This document shows positions 61,243 through 64,000 of a DNA stretch of 64,000 nucleotides, one piece after another. Under the pieces are notes generated by a model. That model was not told the DNA's origin. It saw only the letters and a program-made list of their open reading frames with translations, and ran no database searches. Every line of letters begins with the position of its first letter. Within the stretch, counting starts at the first letter, position 1. Source of the DNA: Candidatus Thermofontivivens primus (lineage in GTDB: Bacteria; Sysuimicrobiota; Sysuimicrobiia; Sysuimicrobiales; Thermofontiviventaceae). A program made the translations under genes and the position numbers. Location of the stretch: positions 35,785 to 99,784 of the forward strand of contig JAVKJW010000006.1 in assembly GCA_031458695.1 (NCBI GenBank), read 5' to 3'.

Positions 61243-63180
61243 TCAGCTTACTTTCGCCCCCGGAGGTGGATCCTTTTCCACTGTAAGGAGGGCAACCTCA
61301 TTATCCCACTCTGCTGCAAGGAGCATCCCCTGGGAGGTAACACCGCGCACTTGGCGGGGTTGGAGGTTCGCCAGGACGACGATCCGCTTCCCAACCAAAC
61401 CCTCCGCCGTGTAGTGCGGGATCAACCCAGTCACCAGGGTTCGAACCTCTCCCCCAATGTCCACCCTCAGTTCCAGGAGCTTCTCGGTACCAGGCACCCT
61501 CTTGGCCTCACGCACAATGCCCACCCGCAAGTCAAGTCGCTTGAACTCGTCCAGTGAGATCTCTTCCACGCGTTCTCCTCCCTTCTGTGGCTGTTCCTCC
61601 TCCACAACCGCTCGTACAGCTTCCCGCTCGATGCGCGGGAAGATGGGTTTCCCTGGCCTGACCCGGGTCCCCCAGGGGAATCCCTGCCACTTCCTGGCAT
61701 CCTCCAGACGCTGCTCTTCCAGGGGGACGGGGATACCCAGCTGTTCCCAAGCGCGACGCGTCGCTGTCGGGCATGTGGGAGAAAGGAGGATTGTGGCGAT
61801 CCGGAAGGCCTCTAGCGTGTTGTAGAGAACGGTCGCCGCGCGGCGCTCCTGACCGCGACGTACCAAGGACCATGGTGCCCCTTCATCGAGGTACTTGTTG
61901 GCAGCTCCCAGCAGGCGCCAGATCTCCTGGAGCGCACGGTGTAGCTCAAGCCGGTCGATAGCACCCTCCACCGCGTCGACCACCTGCAGGGCTGTCTCAC
62001 GGAGCAGGTGGTCGCGGTCCTCTGCGGGTCCAGGTTCAGGGACAACCCCCTGGAAGTAGCGCTCCACGAGGGGCAAGGTCCTGTTCAACAGGTTTCCGTA
62101 GTCGTTGGCCAGATCGGCGTTAAACCGGGTGATGAGGTTGTCATCGGAGAAGTCCCCATCCTGGCCAAAGGGCACTTCCCGAAGAAGGAAGTAGCGGATG
62201 GCATCCACGGCAACGCCCACCTCGGCCCCCGACAGCCGCGCCAGCGCCTGGGCAAGATCCCATGGATCTACAAGGACACCTGTAGACTTGCTGATCTTCT
62301 GTTCCTTGAACGTCCACCACCCGTGGGCGAACACCTTTTTGGGAGGGGCGATTCCTGCAGAATGGAGAAGGATGGGCCAGATTACAGCATGGAAACGCAG
62401 GATCTCCTTGCCCACGAGGTGCACGTCCGCAGGCCAGAACTTCTGGAACCTTTCCTCATCTTGCCCATACCCAGCTACGGTGATGTAGTTGGTGAGCGCA
62501 TCGATCCACACGTAGATGACTTGATCAGGATCGAAGGGAACGGGGATCCCCCACTTGAACGTGGAGCGGCTGACGGCAAGGTCCAGCAGGCCGCTCCTGA
62601 CGAAGCTGAGCACCTCATTCCGTCGGGATTCAGGTTCGACGAACTCCGGGTGCTCCTCAATGTGGCGAAGGAGCCAGTCCTGGTATTGAGAGAGGCGAAA
62701 GAGATAGCATTCCTCGGCTGTCCACTCTACCGGCCGCCCGTGAACAGGGCACTTCCCCTCCACGAGCTCGCTCTCCAGGTAGAAGGACTCACAACTCGCA
62801 CAGTACCATCCTTCGTAAATCCCTTTGTAGATGTCCCCGTTCCGGTAGGCTCTCTCGAAGATGGCCTGAGCCACGCGCTCGTGCCGGGGTTCAGTGGTCC
62901 GGATGAAGTCGTCGTAAGAGATGTTCAGGCGCTCCCAGAGCTGCTTGAACTCCCCCGCGATCCTGTCGCACCACTCCTTCGGATCAACTCCATTCGCTCT
63001 GGCCGTACGCTCGATTTTGATCCCATGCTCATCGGTGCCTGTGGCAAACAGAACGTCATACCCGGCCAGCCGCTTGAACCGCGCAATCACGTCGGCCGCA
63101 ATGGTGGTGTAGGCATGGCCGATGTGGGGGGGCGCGTTGACATAGTAAATCGGTGTGGTGATGTAAAACTTCCTGGACAC
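61243..63180 (-). CDS. metG: Methionyl-tRNA synthetase with C-terminal tRNA-binding domain
   Basis: PHIGH, GTDEHG, YVWIDAL, KISKS, C-terminal Trbp111-like domain. GTG start at 63180. Confidence 0.96.
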   Translation of the reverse strand: MSRKFYITTPIYYVNAPPHIGHAYTTIAADVIARFKRLAGYDVLFATGTDEHGIKIERTARANGVDPKEWCDRIAGEFKQLWERLNISYDDFIRTTEPRHERVAQAIFERAYRNGDIYKGIYEGWYCASCESFYLESELVEGKCPVHGRPVEWTAEECYLFRLSQYQDWLLRHIEEHPEFVEPESRRNEVLSFVRSGLLDLAVSRSTFKWGIPVPFDPDQVIYVWIDALTNYITVAGYGQDEERFQKFWPADVHLVGKEILRFHAVIWPILLHSAGIAPPKKVFAHGWWTFKEQKISKSTGVLVDPWDLAQALARLSGAEVGVAVDAIRYFLLREVPFGQDGDFSDDNLITRFNADLANDYGNLLNRTLPLVERYFQGVVPEPGPAEDRDHLLRETALQVVDAVEGAIDRLELHRALQEIWRLLGAANKYLDEGAPWSLVRRGQERRAATVLYNTLEAFRIATILLSPTCPTATRRAWEQLGIPVPLEEQRLEDARKWQGFPWGTRVRPGKPIFPRIEREAVRAVVEEEQPQKGGERVEEISLDEFKRLDLRVGIVREAKRVPGTEKLLELRVDIGGEVRTLVTGLIPHYTAEGLVGKRIVVLANLQPRQVRGVTSQGMLLAAEWDNEVALLTVEKDPPPGAKVS

Positions 63181-63238
63181 TGTGCTCACCTCGCTTCTGC
63201 CGGCTCCTCGAAGCTTCACTCTTCCCCGCAGGAGACCC

Positions 63239-63532
63239 AAAACAAAAGCCTCTCGCCTGGGGCGAGAGGCAAAAGCTCTCACGGTACCACCCATGTTCGC
63301 TCCTGCCTTACGGCAAAGAGCCTCTGCAGGTGCGTCCTCCTACCACAAGACGACAGGAGGAAAAACACCCGGTCCGCTAACGGGAACCCCCGGCACACCC
63401 TACTCGGAAACTACTGGGAATCCTTTCGGGCTACCGCTCCGGGGCCATGTTCGGGACGGCTACCTGCCGGCTTAGCACCCTACCCGGCTCGCTGCGAGGC
63501 TCACCGTGCCTACTCCCGCCCCATCATTGCGC
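63239..63532 (-). ncRNA. Met-specific T-box riboswitch with intrinsic terminator
   Basis: Stem I AGTA, CAGCGAG and GGTGCTAAG; specifier GAAC-AUG (63448-63446); T-box AACATGGGTGGTACCGTG (63297-63280); terminator 63270-63248 plus TTTTGTTTT. Confidence 0.92.
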
Positions 63533-63552
63533 TCCTGTACTCTCTTGGCATC

Positions 63553-63623
63553 ATCATAAGATGGTACAAGATCGCTGTCAAGCAAAGCACTGCGTTGACA
63601 GAGATCACCCTTAGGGGTATGTT
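63553..63623. promoter_or_regulatory. Back-to-back sigma70 promoters for metG and the TauE-family gene
   Basis: Minus: TTGACA (63581-63576), 17 bp, TATGAT (63558-63553). Plus: TTGACA (63595-63600), 17 bp, TATGTT (63618-63623). Confidence 0.72.
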
Positions 63624-63660
63624 CTCTCTAGTTGGAACGTCAGGGAAGAGGAGGAGACAG

Positions 63661-64000
63661 ATGGCCATCCTGTATTTGCTTCTCGGCCTCGTTGCCGGTA
63701 TCTTCAGCGGCCTCATCGGTATTGGAGGCGGAGTGATCATCGTCCCTGCACTCATCTACCTCTTTAGATTCGAGCAACATCTGGCGCAGGGGACGACCTT
63801 AGCTCTCCTCGTCCCGCCTATTGGCATCCTCGCCGCCTGGACCTATTATAAGCAGGGGTATGTGGACCTGAAGGTCGCTGCCCTTGTGGCGTTGGGCTTT
63901 TTCCTCGGCGGCCTTGTGGGGGCACGTATTGCCGTAGGCCTCCCCCAGCATATTCTCAAGAAAATTTTCGGCGTGGCGTTGCTCTACATCAGCCTGAATC
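63661..64000 (+). CDS. TauE/SafE sulfite exporter family membrane protein (partial)
   Basis: Translated by hand: GIFSGLIGIGGGVIIVP...AQGTTL; AGGAGG SD. Confidence 0.85.
   Translation, partial: MAILYLLLGLVAGIFSGLIGIGGGVIIVPALIYLFRFEQHLAQGTTLALLVPPIGILAAWTYYKQGYVDLKVAALVALGFFLGGLVGARIAVGLPQHILKKIFGVALLYISLN

Overview
GC-rich bacterial chromosomal window of mostly housekeeping and metabolic genes. Gene content (Thermus-order V/A-ATPase, Met T-box, GlpP, DarA, FakA/B, futalosine pathway) suggests a Terrabacteria-type lineage; this is inference. In order: a V/A-type ATP synthase operon (G-I-K-E-C-F-A-B, running off the left edge); a complex I operon encoding only the membrane arm (nuoA-H-J-K-L-M-N); rapZ-yvcK; M20 peptidase, rlmI-like methyltransferase, R3H/AAA protein, tmk-darA-holB; degV-plsY-like-fakA-nfo; a PLP trans-sulfuration enzyme; mfd-PPIase-mazG-S4-eno-divIC-HAD; tRNA-Asn; tetR-mqnE-mqnA and a J-domain protein; a GlpP-attenuated ugpBAE-glpK-glpQ-glpD operon; a Tat-exported ABC transporter; nirK; T-box-regulated metG; and a partial TauE/SafE gene. 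No CRISPR array, integrase or transposase was seen. Most notable: the membrane-arm-only complex I operon, a motif-degenerate PlsY between the fatty-acid kinase subunits, a dispersed REP-like hairpin family, a TetR operator on the menaquinone genes, and a likely ATC start codon. All calls come from motif recognition by eye, with no database searches.
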